From Nitrospirales bacterium (lineage in GTDB: Bacteria > Nitrospirota > Nitrospiria > Nitrospirales > UBA8639): a stretch of DNA of 64,000 bases. The stretch covers positions 1,056,001 to 1,120,000 of the forward strand of contig CBDBCZ010000018.1 in assembly GCA_965203295.1 (NCBI GenBank), read 5' to 3'. A model generated the notes under the pieces. The model was not told where the DNA came from and did no database searches. It was given only the letters and a program-made list of their open reading frames with translations. Positions 1-13,000 of this stretch are shown here, one piece after another (within the stretch, counting starts at the first letter, position 1; the number at the start of each line of letters is the position of its first letter). The position numbers were made by a program, and so were the translations under genes.

Positions 1-1319
1 ATAAGACGTCGAATTTATTAGCTTCGTTCTCAGTCCTTCTTACCCCAGCTTTTATCTCGCAGCCGTGGAGAAAAAGTGAGGGGGAAGGCCTGGTACCACT
101 TATCACATGCGAAGTCCATCTACGAAGAAAAGGACCTTTTTCTCCGGCTCCCAACTAGCTTTGATAAGTAATTGTGCTATAACGTTTTACCCTTCGGGTT
201 TGTTGTGAAGCTTGGCAGGCTTAGCTACTAACATGCAGTAGTACTAACAGGCTAGGCACGAGCAAGTTGAACAGGAAGCTTCAATGTCGCTGTACAGCTA
301 TAGTAGATATTCCGCGTGGACAACGTCGTTGTTCACATCATAGACAATAGAGTTCACATCCACTAATTGTGACGACGTCACTTGATACACGCCCACTGAA
401 ATCCACGTGGACTTCGTGCACTAATTACGCGCATGTGCGAGTAGTGGATACCTTTTTAAGTACAGTGCCAAGTGATAGGAAAAAAACTTTTAATGTAATA
501 TAATTAATTAATTAATTAATGTAATATCCTGCCTTTCTCTTACCTTCTCCAAACCATTTGATTGCAGCACAGGGAAGATAACCAAAATTCAGTGACTTCC
601 AGCCTTCCACTTTTTCATTTTTCTGCTCTGACAGGCTGATCTTGGGCTATTACTCCTTCGGCGCAGAGGAGGTTGGACACGGTCATGTGACATACGCGCG
701 TACGCGATTATCTATGGAGATTTCTGTTTAAAAAGCGCTAAAAAGTTTTCTCGTTATTCTTTAAGCGTATCCCCAAGGAATAGACATCTTTCGAAAGCTC
801 TTCCGAAGTAGATTCAGAATATCTTGCCAACCCCGTTCAACCCCTGGGTAATTGCAGAGCTACGGTCGTTTTAAATATCTCAAGGCGAGACTACATACTG
901 GATTCTATCTAGTAACGGAAAGATGCTGCCAGTATTGGCCCGTTCCAGCCATCTTACAGCAATCTACAGGCTATTGCAGCTTTATAACGAGCTATGCTTA
1001 CCTTCTCAGTGAGCTAATTGCATGCTGGAATGCACCGTGGAATGTAATAAAGTGCAGCAAAAGGCACGTGACAGCGCACGTTAATGAATGCGTGTCCAAC
1101 CTCCTCTGACGTAATCTACAGTACTGAGCTACACGTGACTTTAATGAGACCTGATCAGTAAAGGTCAACCTTGACCGACCTCCTCTGGTTCGCGACCGTC
1201 GCCATTTTGACTTTAATCAGAGTTTTTAGTTTTTAGTTTCCGGCGGTGAATGTATTTGTGGCAGGCAGCATAATATCAGGAGCGCATCGAGCCGGGTAGT
1301 CGTAATGGCATATGCGCAT

Positions 1320-2105
1320 GTGCACACCCACGCGGAAGTGTGAACTTTGAACTCAAAGTTTGGGGGTCCAGATGTTCGATTTTCGTCCCTTTTTACCCCT
1401 AATCTGCCAGAATAGCCATCGTTTGCATTCCAAACCACTTGAATCATTCTACACAGTAGTTGACATGGAAAGCAAGGTCTGGTACGAGTTTCGAGGTTCT
1501 CAGAGACTTTGCACCGGTTTGCTCAGAAAATGGTAGGCTGAAAATGGCAAGTACAAGAGCTCCAGGAAAGATCTTCTCGATAAAAGAGTCTAAGAACCAG
1601 TGCATTATTTTCGCCGTAGAGTTATATCAGAAGCGCTCCTAGTTTCTTGGGTAAGCGGCCTTATCCGTGTTTCTCAGTTTTCAGCCTCTGAAATTCAATG
1701 GCCTGTATCTCAGCCATTCCGTGGTCGATCGACACCGGACTTGATTTTTCATTCGATTCAACTTGTCCTTGTTGATGCTGCCCTAAAATCTAATTGCTGG
1801 CAAGGTTTGCACCACTTTGCTCAGAAAATGGAAAAAATCCACTTTTTTTATAGGCAACCGCTTTTTGCTAGTAGGGCCCCGAAAAAGGCTGAGTTCACGC
1901 TAATGCTGGGTACCATCAGAACCAGCAAAGGTTGAACTTTCATGCAATATGCGGATCGTATATAGATACGCATTCTTCTCCGAGATATGAACGCAAACGC
2001 GAAGTTTCATTTTGGGCCTTCCCGCCAGAAACTGGCCCATATAAATTACGTTTAGTACATGTATAATAATAAATACACAAACGTGGCGTATTTTTCTAGA
2101 CTGAT
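1320..2105 (+). repeat. Dispersed repeat, probably a transposon remnant; inverted copy at ~26028-26832
   Basis: CACCCACGCGGAAGTGTGAACTTTGAACTCAAAGTTTGGGGGTCCAGATG through to AAACGTG..GT..TTCTAGACTG matches the reverse complement of 26028-26832 along its length. Confidence 0.85.
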
Positions 2106-2564
2106 CATGTTACAATTTAGCATTATGGTGGTGGATCCCAGAATGTTAAGCTACTGAGCGAGAACACTCTATATAACTACACTTGGAATTCCAACAAGTC
2201 AGAATACAGTACTTACCTTATCCTGTACTGTATTCTGACTTGTAAGATACTCCAGATAAAGGGTATAACCATACTTACACTGTTAAAAATGAGGTGTTGC
2301 AGAACACCCTTTAGGCGGTGTAATAATGACAAAAGGTGTTGGTTAGGCATCCCAGGGTGTTGCAGAGACACCTGATTAACCTTCAACACCCTTAGAGTGT
2401 TAGGGAACATTCTAGGCAAAAGGGACTTTGAATGAATCTTGGTCCCATTTGTATACTAAAGCAGTACCTGAGGCAAGATATGCTGACAATATGCCATTTG
2501 TTAAAATTCTCATTAGATGCATATCATCATGCCTAACGGAATAATGCTTTAGGTATACCATGCC

Positions 2565-3257
2565 AGTACTGAAATGTGAGATATTCAAGGCAAACCATAC
2601 CATATGATTACAACTAGATCCAATAGTCAGAAAATAGCACTGATCATTATTTCCCCTGAAGAACTCATGTTGACGAGTGAACAAATACTGGTGTCGTCCA
2701 TTTGTCCTTATTATTCAAGGGAAACAATCTAGGCCCTTTAGACCACTGGTTCACAAGGAGACTCCTTACTTATGTTTTCAACCCCAGCCCAATAGTTAGG
2801 AGATATGCAGGTGTATTTTGGGGATTGAACGGTGTTAGTATGTGGCTTTCAAGCATTAGAATACCAACATAAGACTTACTCACTAATCATAATTACAACT
2901 ACTGGCCTTGTGTAGCTAAAATGTGAGATATGCTTGGCAATCCATACCAGTGTGATTCTAACTAGGACCAATAGTCAGAAAATAGCACTGATCATTATTT
3001 CCATTGAAGAACTCATGTTGACGAGCGGGCGAATATTAGTTTCATCCATTTGTCCTTGTTATTCAAGGAAAACAATCTAGGCCCTTTAGACCACTAGGTT
3101 CACAAGGAGACTCCTTCACTTATGTTTTCAACCCTATCCCAATATTTAGGAGACATGCAGGTGTTTTTTGGGGATTGAAGGTGTTAGTAGGTGTGGCTTT
3201 CAAGCACTGGAATACCGACATAAGACTTACTCACTAATCATAATTACAACTACTGGC
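2565..3257. repeat. Two tandem ~345-bp units inside the CACTG element
   Basis: AAATGTGAGATAT...AATAGTCAGAAAATAGCACTGATCATTATTT...CATAAGACTTACTCACTAATCATAATTACAACTACTGGC occurs twice. Confidence 0.85.
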
Positions 3258-4330
3258 TGTGTTCACCAACTCTCACCCACAACCATCACTACAACACCAT
3301 TCAGGGGAGGGTTGAACTACTTCTCCTGTTTGGAGGTAGGACTAGTGAACTAGTTTTGAGTTCACTTCCACCTATCAGTGGGGTGTTACCTTCTATAAGC
3401 TAACGAAATCGTACCGAAAAGGAGTTATTTACTGTTCACCAACTCTCACCCACAACCATCAATACAACAGCATTCAGGGGAGGGTTGAACTACTTCTCCT
3501 GTTTATTGGGATGGAGGCAGGACTAGTGAACTGGTTTTGAGTTCACTTCCACCTATCAGGGGGGTGTGGCCTTCTATAAGCTAACGAAATCGTACCGAAA
3601 AGGAGTTATTTACTGTTCACCAACTCTCACCCACAACCATCAATAAAACAGCATTCAGGGGAGGGTTGAACTACTTCTCCTGTTTATTGGGAAGGAAGTA
3701 GGACTAGTGAACTAGTTTTGAGTTCGCTTCCACCTATCAGGGGGGTGTGACCTTCTATAAGCTAACGAAATCGTACCGAAAAGGAGTTACTTACTGTTCA
3801 CCAACTCTCACCCACAACCATCAATACAACAGCATTCAGGGGAGGGTTGAACTACTTCTCCTGTTTATTGGGATGGAGGTAGGACTAGTGAACTAGTTTT
3901 GAGTTTACTTCCACCTATCAGGGGGGTGTGACCTTCGATAAGCTAACGAAATTGTATCGAAAAGGAGTTATTGTCATGACTGTTCACCCACTCACACCCT
4001 AACCCAGCATTCAGGAGAGACTAATCCTGTTTATTGGGATGGAGGTAGGACTTGGTCTAGTAAACTAGTTTGTATTAGACACCTTATCAGTCGAGCTATC
4101 AATTAACATCGAAGCTGTATCGAAAAAGAGATATTGAAAGTGCACCCACTTTCATCTTCAACCATCAGCATTCAGGGGAGGATTGAAACACTAGTCCTGG
4201 TTATTTGGATGGAGGTAGGACTATACGCTAGTGAACTGCTTTTTAATAGTAGACTTCAAGGGTACGTTAAATGTGGTAACAAAATTGTATTGAATGGGAG
4301 TTATTAAATATTTACCCACTCTCACCCACA
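3258..4330. repeat. ~181-bp tandem array (about 6 units, degenerating rightwards)
   Basis: CTGTTCACCAACTCTCACCCACAACCATC recurs near 3258, 3431, 3612 and 3793, with diverged units near 3979 and beyond. Confidence 0.9.
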
Positions 4331-5382
4331 ATTATTATAAGTACAACAGCTAAGTCGAAGGCAAGTAATGCATCCCTACTGGAAATTTCTTAAGGTCCTG
4401 CCTGGGAAACTTGCAGTAAGAGATGGCAAAGTACAGTATTGTATGATGTAATGTTGACCCTTTGAAAAGAGAATGCATACGTGCTATTGTCACCTGTAGT
4501 TGGAATGTAGTCTGGTGTGAATTTCTCAAAAATTGACAAAGTTACTGCTACCACTCATTGCTAGCTGCAGTTAAGTTATAGTTACTATTGCTTAACATTG
4601 ACAAGTCCTGCTGGAATTGTTTCAAGAGCTTTCCCACAAGTGTTTGAGCCATCACCAACCAAGATGACCTACTAAAGGTAAGTGAAACTGAGATAGCTAT
4701 AACACATATTTATGTACAGTACATGTAACTGCAAAGCAAAGTACTATGAAACATTTGTTCCATACAGGTCAGCAAAAAAAGCTGTTTGCAGAAACTATAC
4801 CGTGATGGAAGAACTGGAAAGGAAGAGCTGTGGCCTCTCTCCCCTAACTGTGTCGGTGATACATAATCTAGCTAGCTTACAATAGCATCTCTGGGGAGGA
4901 TTAAACTACACTAATCCTGTATACTGTAGAGGTACGTGTAGGACTGGTTTCACACAGACTAGCTATGGTTTTGAGGAGACTTTATTTCACCTAGTTGGGG
5001 GGGGGGGGTAAGCTTCACCCAATTGTACTGAACAGGAGTTATTGAATGTTCACTTACTCTCACCCTTGCAGTACTTTGCACTCAATGCTGTGTGACCACG
5101 TTCAAGAATGTGGTTGACTTTATGCCGGGTGTACTTCCACTATTGATCATTTTGTCCATGCATGCATAGCACTAAGTCTGCATGCTGTTATGTGCATACA
5201 TTCTACATTGTTCTATGCAGGAAATTTGTGATCTCTAAGTAGATGCTGCTGAGTTACAGCAGCCACAACCATGCACTGCTGGTGGCTGAAGGAACTCTCA
5301 CAAGCCATGCCGTTTCATTGTGGCAGAAGGAACTTCAATCTTACAAGCGCAAGTAAAGAATGCATGAAGTCGCGAACTACTA

Positions 5383-5804
5383 CACTGCAAAAACAAAAGG
5401 GTCACTTTAATCCAGCTGGGAGTATCTCAGTTGCAAGTTCACTACCAAAAAATGTGCATACAGGCAGATCAATTACATTATTTGCCCAACATAATACCTT
5501 TATGGCTCCTATAATTAAGGAAATATGCACTGCAAAACCTAAAAGGTTGCTTTAAACCAGCTAGGGATATCTCAGTTGCAGTGTACATGTACAAAACAAT
5601 GTAAACAAGTGGATCACTTTACCACCCTATTTAGGCTCCAATTTCTAAAGGAAGGAAAGACCATTAGCAACGCATATTTTGTACCAATCCATTTCTATCC
5701 CATGCACCTGCGAAAGCACACGAGTAGTGGGGCTGGTAGTGGGGCTGCAACTGAGGTAACCTTATGTGGGTGTGGGTTAAAACCAACCATTTATTTTTGC
5801 AGTG
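5383..5804. mobile_element. Nested small CACTG MITE (two left ends at 5383 and 5528), same family as 25436-25747
   Basis: CACTGCAAAA...CCAGCT.GG...ATCTCAGTTGCA at the left ends; TGCAACTGAGGTAAC...TTTTTGCAGTG at the right end. Confidence 0.7.
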
Positions 5805-6470
5805 ATATAGTGTTTTTTGTATTTCAATAACCTGAACATTGATATTATGATGTATTGTACAATTTTATTGTCACCAATTAAATTTGTATTGCGTTTATTC
5901 CACAATGGCTACTTGTGAGTGTTTTATTATTATGGGAGTGCAGAAATACACCTGAACTCTGGGGGTGCATGTTTAACACTGCATGAGGGTGGTATACCAC
6001 CATTTAAGGTGTAACATACCACCGTTTAGGGTGTAACAAACCACCGTTTAAATTGTAACATAGAACCCATGGGGAGCTTGGTGTTCACGGCGACTATAGC
6101 GCCCCTAAAGGTGTTTGATTAACACCCCTTTTTTAACAGTGTAGTCAGGGAACTCCTATTAAGTACTGCTATATAAGTAGAAAAGCTGTGAATGCTAGTG
6201 TTGTAGTGTAGCTATGTAGATTATTGGGAAAAGCAAAGTTACAGCAGTGAATTGAAATGTTAGATTTGGGGCTATCACAATTTTGACCCTTCCGCTCAAT
6301 GACATACATCTATATGAATTATTATGTAATAATGTTTTTTGGTACACTTTCCAAAATAATTTTTAAAATTAGTAGTTGCATGACATTGTGCTCTTTGTGG
6401 ACAATGGATGTTTCATACCACAACTGCAATATTAGATGATGCATACTGTTACTATAGTATGTTAATATAC

Positions 6471-9271
6471 CTTCTGAGTCTTCAATCACAACTCGAATTG
6501 TGGGAATTGCAAATGTATTGGGGGCTGCAGCATTCAGTGCAGCAACTGCAGCACCATTGGCACCTGTCAGAGTCAGTGTGAAATCTTCAGGTCGCTCCAA
6601 TGCTATTCTGTCAACTCGAATGAGGGTCTGAATGCTGGCTGGTACAGTAGCATCATCTATTGTAACACTCCTTGAACCAAATGGAACTGTGAAGTCAGCG
6701 TTGGCACCCTCAACTGCAATGGATATAGGTTGAAGCATTTAGCTACTGTATCCATTATATACAAGTCATGCCTATGTAGATTCACAGTAGTTTTTGTAGT
6801 CTAAAATTGCTAATTAAGGAAAGAAGGAAAGTGGTTAAGTGGCTGCGATGGGAGCCAAATAGACTGTATGAGTGAAACCATGCACGTAGAAGTAGGCAGA
6901 GGAAGACTCGGAGGGACGTAATTATTCCTCTGCCTATAGTATACCTCAATGTGTTTTCACTGCCCACTCATTATCTCACCACTAATTAGGTGCACTCTTA
7001 GCTATCCTCCTACCTCTTAAGGACCCTAACCCCATACTCCCCTTATACTGCTTCACTGTATGTTTTAGAAAAGTAACAAAGTACTTTGATTATTGATCCT
7101 TGATTCACATCCTTTCTTCGTAGCTTACATCCTTATTAAGCCTAACCTACTCCCCCTCTCCTCTCTCAGGGCCGTCGGAAGCGGGGCGGCAGGGGCGGCT
7201 CAGGCCGCCCCACTTTTCATGCCAATTTTTTTTTTCGTAGGCGTTTCAACTTTCGCGTGCCACGGCGCCACGCCCCACTCGCGCGCATCGTGGTCGTGAG
7301 GCGTGGCCCGCGGGGCCGCGACACTATGAGCTGGCTGTATGCTTGATCTCGGCCTGTATGGAGATTTTTTTACGTGATTTTAGTGCATGACCTTCAATGT
7401 AACGAGATGCTGCGAGAGCAGCTTCTTTACCGCCGTAAAAATAAGTCGCAAAATTTTTTCGCGCTTCGCGCGCCACACTCGGCCGCTGCGCGGCCTCTGA
7501 CATCACGACCGATGGCCGCTCCACCCTTCGAGAGCTTCCGACGGGCCTGTCTCTGAAACTGATTACTCTCTGAGAACCTTGTCTAGCAAAGGTTCCGCAA
7601 ATTGCTGTATGCTGTATAGTGAGCGTTTTTCTGCAGTACATGTACCACATGGCAAAACATGATACACTATTAATTTATACATGTACATGCGAATGGCGGA
7701 AAGACAGAATAGGCCGTGTTGCTTCTCCTACATGTGGAATTGCTGTGCATTGTTGCATTAGCCAGCTGAATCAGCCTTGTATACATCCAAGCTGAACAAC
7801 CATAAATTGGATGACTGTACATTCACTCACTTGCTGTTCCTGATGTTGCTGTGCTAATGAAACGTAATTCTCCTCTTGTATCCTGCTGCAGAAATTGTTC
7901 AAAAAGTGCTCCTTTAATAAACCCTGCTTCCAGTATAGTAATATCACCACGCTCTTCAACTGAAATGTCAGACCCATCCAGCCATCCAAACACTGCCATG
8001 ACAGAGACATACAAGTGAGAGTGCATCGTATAGTGTGCTAAATAGCAAGCCAGTGTAATCATAGGTGGCAAACAGAGGGTGGGTACATACATGTCACAAT
8101 ATTTTGATACTCTCCAGAATTTCTCCATGTAGCTATGCAGACTGCAGTAGTCTAGGTTAGCTACGAGTGTAGGGAGGGTCTGGGGCTACTTTTAAAATTC
8201 AGCAGGTGTCACTAAACTATAGCTACTTTGAGTTCAGAGAAAACACAAGCAGCCAAATGGTAGCTACATGTGTGGTTTTGGTTGGGTGGATTGGTATTCT
8301 GCTTCGAATGTATTCCAAGAAATCTACTAATGCAATGTTGCCACATTTCAAGGCTCTGTGTCTGGGCTGCACTAGTCATGTATGCATGTGCACTGCTTTG
8401 TCCATGATCACACGCAGGGTCTCATCTCCCCCCCCCCCCCCCCCCCCCCCCCTGCTTATTGGGAGCTGTCTCCTCCCATCATTAGATTATATTGCAAAGT
8501 GTAGATATAAAAGCTGCTCCAACATTCAGTCATACCTGTTTTAGTGCTAGTTCATTCGAATATATAATGGTATCCAATCATTCGCTACTTACAAATGAAG
8601 GTCGCCATAATTATTTAAGTGATTGCACTGAAAAAAAACTTCACATAACTACCCACTATTTCACCCACTGAGGACCATTATGTCAATTTATGTGGTAATC
8701 AGTATAAGATATTTAGCAGTGTGACACTGGCTATATAGTGACACTAACAGTAGAGTGTATTACATTACTGTACATGCATGCAACCGTCAGCAACTTGCCA
8801 ATGCAAGGTTGACAGGATTGGTCCCCAGATGTCTGCCTGTAAAACAGTCCATCAGATTGCACGCAACATTCCTCAATAAAACTAGGATCAGAGCTTTCAC
8901 ATCCCGTTGCAGTGGTAAGTGAGGATGCAGTGAAGCATTGGACCTGTTGTGTACTGACTAAAAGAAAGAGAAGAATTGTGATTATATTGTTTTGCTACAA
9001 AACCCACAAAAACTTTTCTCCTTAAGGGCTGGGTGACAGTTCTCCTTCATAAATACCACTCCATGCAAAGCAGACAAACTGTACCGTTTAAAATGTGCCT
9101 GAGTGAGCCTCACACTAGCGATGTCCAAGTCTGCCTCACTCACACAGTGAGTGTAGTCAGTAGCTAAATTAGCTTGCATGCTAACATTAACAGTACACAA
9201 GAGTCACCTTTTGTCACTAAGGCAGTGAGAAGGAAAGTTGCCAGCAAACCCACTGCACCAAGTAGCGACAT
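6471..9271 (-). CDS. Secreted Calx-beta-domain protein, paralog 1 (aggregation-factor-like), 5' exons only: 9208-9271, 8799-8957, 7831-7992, 6471-6713
   Basis: Signal peptide MSLLGAVGLLATFLLTALVTK; Cys-rich exon (QVQCFT...EECC...CQPCI); Calx-beta-like halves (VFGWLDGSDISVEE...; ADFTV...VDRIALERPEDFTLTL...VVIEDSE). Internal exons are 159, 162 and 243 nt, all phase 1. No downstream exon was identified in the window. Confidence 0.75.
7167..7549. mobile_element. GC-rich MITE with 16-bp TIRs (CAGG termini, possibly hAT-like) in an intron
   Basis: CAGGGCCGTCGGAAGC ... GCTTCCGACGGGCCTG (15/16 match). Only a 5-bp TCTCT flanking repeat is seen, so the superfamily is uncertain. Confidence 0.7.
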
Positions 9272-9463
9272 CCTACCGTCCTGCAATATTGCCCTATCAG
9301 TAGCTGGTGTTCAATTACAAAAGTGAACACACACAGAAAAGGCAGACTAAGTTCAACTGGATGTGGAATGTTAATATTGAGACATGCTGTTATGTACATG
9401 CAATGAATTCCTTATTTGTGCACAGGCATGCTGATACTCATGCATGCGGGGGGCATTGTTCAG

Positions 9464-9471
9464 TTTATATA
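9464..9471 (-). promoter_or_regulatory. Candidate TATA box for Calx-beta paralog 1 (conserved at 25344-25351)
   Basis: TATATAAA on the minus strand ~190 bp upstream of the ATG, in the same context in both promoter copies. Confidence 0.4.
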
Positions 9472-10032
9472 GGGCTAACAATAACCCAATTGAATGCACT
9501 GAATAAACTCATCCATCACCTGATTTTATGGTCTGAGCAAGAATGACAGAGTCATAGACATATATGGGCATACCTAAAATTTATACCTCATGACTTCTTA
9601 TCAAAATGAAATTGAAATATATAATATAACATTAATGGTATAGAATAAGCCACATGAGTGTGTGGAGTATGAGAATGGGAGTTAGGTACAAGCTGTTTTC
9701 AAGAATTTTTCTTTCTTTTTAAATTATCACTTGCTGGATTATGACATTCAACAGATGGAAAGAACAAAGTTAGAGGTATTTTTACACATTCTATTGCTTA
9801 ATATAGTGTTATTATTGCTAATGTTTGCAGTACTGAGACATCTAACAGTACAGTGCATGACAGGTAGTATGCAATTTACAGCATGCACGTGGACACATTC
9901 TGTACAAGCCTACAATATTATGGTAGTTCAAGGTGTGGTTACTTTAGCTACATGCACATATAATAAACAGCTTCTTATGAAGTTAGTCACACTAGTAGTG
10001 TTCTAAAGCATCACAGTTTGCAGCAGTGTCAC

Positions 10033-13000
10033 TCATCGAGGACACAGTCTGCCCGTCCGGAACCTGCGATAGCAGACATCAACGCAGTAGATGGCAAGAG
10101 GGTCATTTGATAACAGGAAGTTCTCGGGAACACCAGCTGCAGGGCAGTCTGTGTGTGATGTAATAGTCTAAGTCAAGGGCAGATAAACTAAATCAGAAAA
10201 TTTATACTTTCATCCAAAAAGTCGTTAATCTTATCTGCACAATGTTTGAAACAAGAACAACTAGTCTAAGAATTACATGTAAGGGACACAGTATATTATT
10301 ATGGCAATATAGTGACTTAATTGGCCTCATGATTATTATAAAAAAACTATTATTCAAAGATAAATTGCTAGATAGCTATAGGCTAATAACCGTGCCTACG
10401 AACTATATGACTAGCTGTGTGCATATATATGTAAGTCAAGGACAGATGTACTAAACAATAAAGTGTGATACTATCAGTCTTTGATCTTAACTGCACAATT
10501 TTTATAAACAAAAACAAGTACTCTGCGAATTAATGGGACACAGTGTATTGTTATGGTAATACAGTAACTGTGGCCTCATGATTATTACTATCATTCAAAT
10601 ATAAAATTGCTAGACAGCTAAATTGATAACAGTGCCTGCGAACTATATGACTAGCTATAATAAGAATCATGAACTCACGATCATCTGATGTTATAATTAT
10701 CCTTGTCTGGTTGCGTGTGATGGAGACAGGCACCTCAGAGAATGCTACGTCCAATCTGACAAAGAAATGCTCGTTTGTTTCCAGGAAGTCGTCATTTACA
10801 ATCTCAATTTCAGTAGTGTAGGTAGTCATGAGTGAGCTAAATGTCAAAGTCATGTCGACAGCATGATAGTCATTTGGAGCTACATGAGAAAGTAGAAAAT
10901 GAACACAACATTATAATTAGAATTCTTCACAATAAATGTCTGTGGAAATACTGATTTAGCCGGTATGGGATACCCAGATTTGGTTATAGTAGCAATTCCG
11001 TACTTAGTCTTTGTAAATTACTTACTTGTAGCCACTCCATCTACTGTGTACATCCGCACAGTGATTGTCGTTTCTAATCTACATGACAACACCTGCACTG
11101 TCACTGGTACACCTCCAGTGCCTTCACTTTCACGTTGATGAGCTTGAGTGAAGCCAATGGCAATGCCTGCACAGATAGAGAGTATCGAATATTCATGGTG
11201 TGTAATTGGAAATTGTATGAATAATCCATACCATCATTATCGACAATCATCACAGTTGCAGTAGAAATGTCTCCCAGCGCCACTGCTGTGTCTCCACTTC
11301 GAACACCAAGCTCAACACTAAAGCTTTCCATGCCCTCTGCTATGCTATCATCTATAATTTGGACTGTGAGGGTTTGCAGCTGTTGGTCACCACCAGGTGG
11401 GAGTGTTAATGTCTGAGTTAGAGCAGTAAAATCTCCAGCTGCATTTGAGAGTTGTACAATGGCGGGAAGCACTTTACAGATAAAATGCAGTCATACTATC
11501 TTACCAGTTGCACTCATCGGATTTACAGTGACAGTGACTTGCAGTGGAGTGACATTCTGTCCTGTCTTGTCAACAGTCAGTATCACCGTTCCAACAGCTT
11601 CACCTACAGTGTACTCAGGTTGAGTGAACTGCACAGTCACCACTGTAGGTGGAGATGGTTGTTGGGATTAACTATTGCTGTTGTAGCAGTAGTGTTACGT
11701 GCACATGATCTGCTATCGATGGTCGATCAAAAATAGAACAATGTATACAGCAGTTCTTAATAAGACACCTTTAAGAATGATGTTTATAATAGCATCTCAT
11801 GGTTCCAGTTATTATTTTCGTGATATAGGCTGATATAGGCTGGCTCTCGTCTCAAATTAGCACACATTCACAGCACTTGTACACTATACTCACACTTGGC
11901 AGTGTGGATAGGGCTAGATATATAAAATGCAGCAGGATTGTTTGTTTGGAATCTCAAAAGTGGTCACAGTTCTTTAGAGAGTGTGCATGACCCCCCGCCC
12001 CCCCTCCCCCCCCCCCCCCCCCCCCCCCCCCCACATACACACCCCTTCTTTTTCACCCTACTCTGACAGTTTTATAGTGCTGTTCGCTGTGGTACTACGT
12101 AGAAGCAGACTTTTTTTATTGTAAGTCTTTCTGGCCCCTTTTGACAGGATTTGTTTTTGTTTTTTTTTTGTTTTATTGCTTGTTGTTGTTTGTTCTTTTT
12201 GGTTCAGTGAAAATCTTATTCCAATATGATTCTCAGGAGCAAGTGCATGTAGCCACTTTGGTTACAGTACTTACGCCTGCAAAATGGTGGTGCTGGTGAA
12301 AATGCTGCAGAGTTCGCATTCACTAGTGTGCATGTTGTGGTTGCACCTCCGATCAACTCCAGTCCCGAATTACAGGTGTAGGTAGCAGTGTCACCAACGG
12401 AGAGGCCCGTGAATGTCACCATGCCGTTGACAATGCCTACTGGATTAGGACAGAGTGCTGCAAAAGGAAGATTCATGAAAACAATTCGCAGGAAACAAGC
12501 ACATAGCCCAAGGTATATAGCAAGATAGAACCCCTGCTCATGTTTGTGTACTTTTGGATAGGCAGCCAGTGATTACATATATATATATCACTTGCATGAT
12601 GTTGGACAGGTTTGTGCAGCATTTTGGGCAAGTTAGAGGGACAGACCATGATAAAAAGAAGGTCCATTGATATTAGATGGCCACTGATCTGATGAAAATG
12701 TATTGTACATACAGTTGCCAGTGAATGTCCTCATACCATTGAGAATGTCAACCGGATCAGGACACAGTGTTACACCGGAGGATAGATGCCAGATGAACAT
12801 GCAATCTCTATGTACACATTATACTGTAGCTATTCACTGCTAAGTGTAACGCTATATAAGGCTGGATGAGGCTGTGCATATAATTAGTGTTTGGCATAAA
12901 GGATGAGTCACAGAGAGGAAAAATGCACATCATTACCATCCCTGCAGCTGGGATTTTCCTGTGGATAGATTATTTTTCTTTAACCCTTTACCAACCATAA

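Larger units (their letters stand above)
2278..6141. mobile_element. Non-autonomous CACTA/EnSpm (CMC)-type DNA transposon with CACTG termini and 2-bp TA TSD
   Basis: Left end TA|CACTGTTAAAAATGAGGTGTT; right end AACACCCCTTTTTTAACAGTG|TA. Contains internal tandem repeats and no transposase ORF. Confidence 0.8.

Noticed and set aside
852..1935. Short ORFs in the first 2 kb and at 25989-27435
   Set aside because: They lie largely within a dispersed repeat, reading frames are not conserved between copies, and no domain is recognisable.
2216..2277. A further exon of Calx-beta paralog 1 ending at a GTAAGT donor near 2216
   Set aside because: No Calx-beta-like translation or convincing acceptor was found.
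3258..4330. CRISPR or tandem ncRNA genes in the 181-bp array
   Set aside because: Whole units are repeated without variable spacers, and I recognised no tRNA, 5S or snRNA motifs.
11991..12032. Poly-C tracts here and at 8427-8453 (poly-Pro ORF)
   Set aside because: These are simple homopolymers in introns and their lengths are unreliable. G-quadruplex potential is possible but unsupported.
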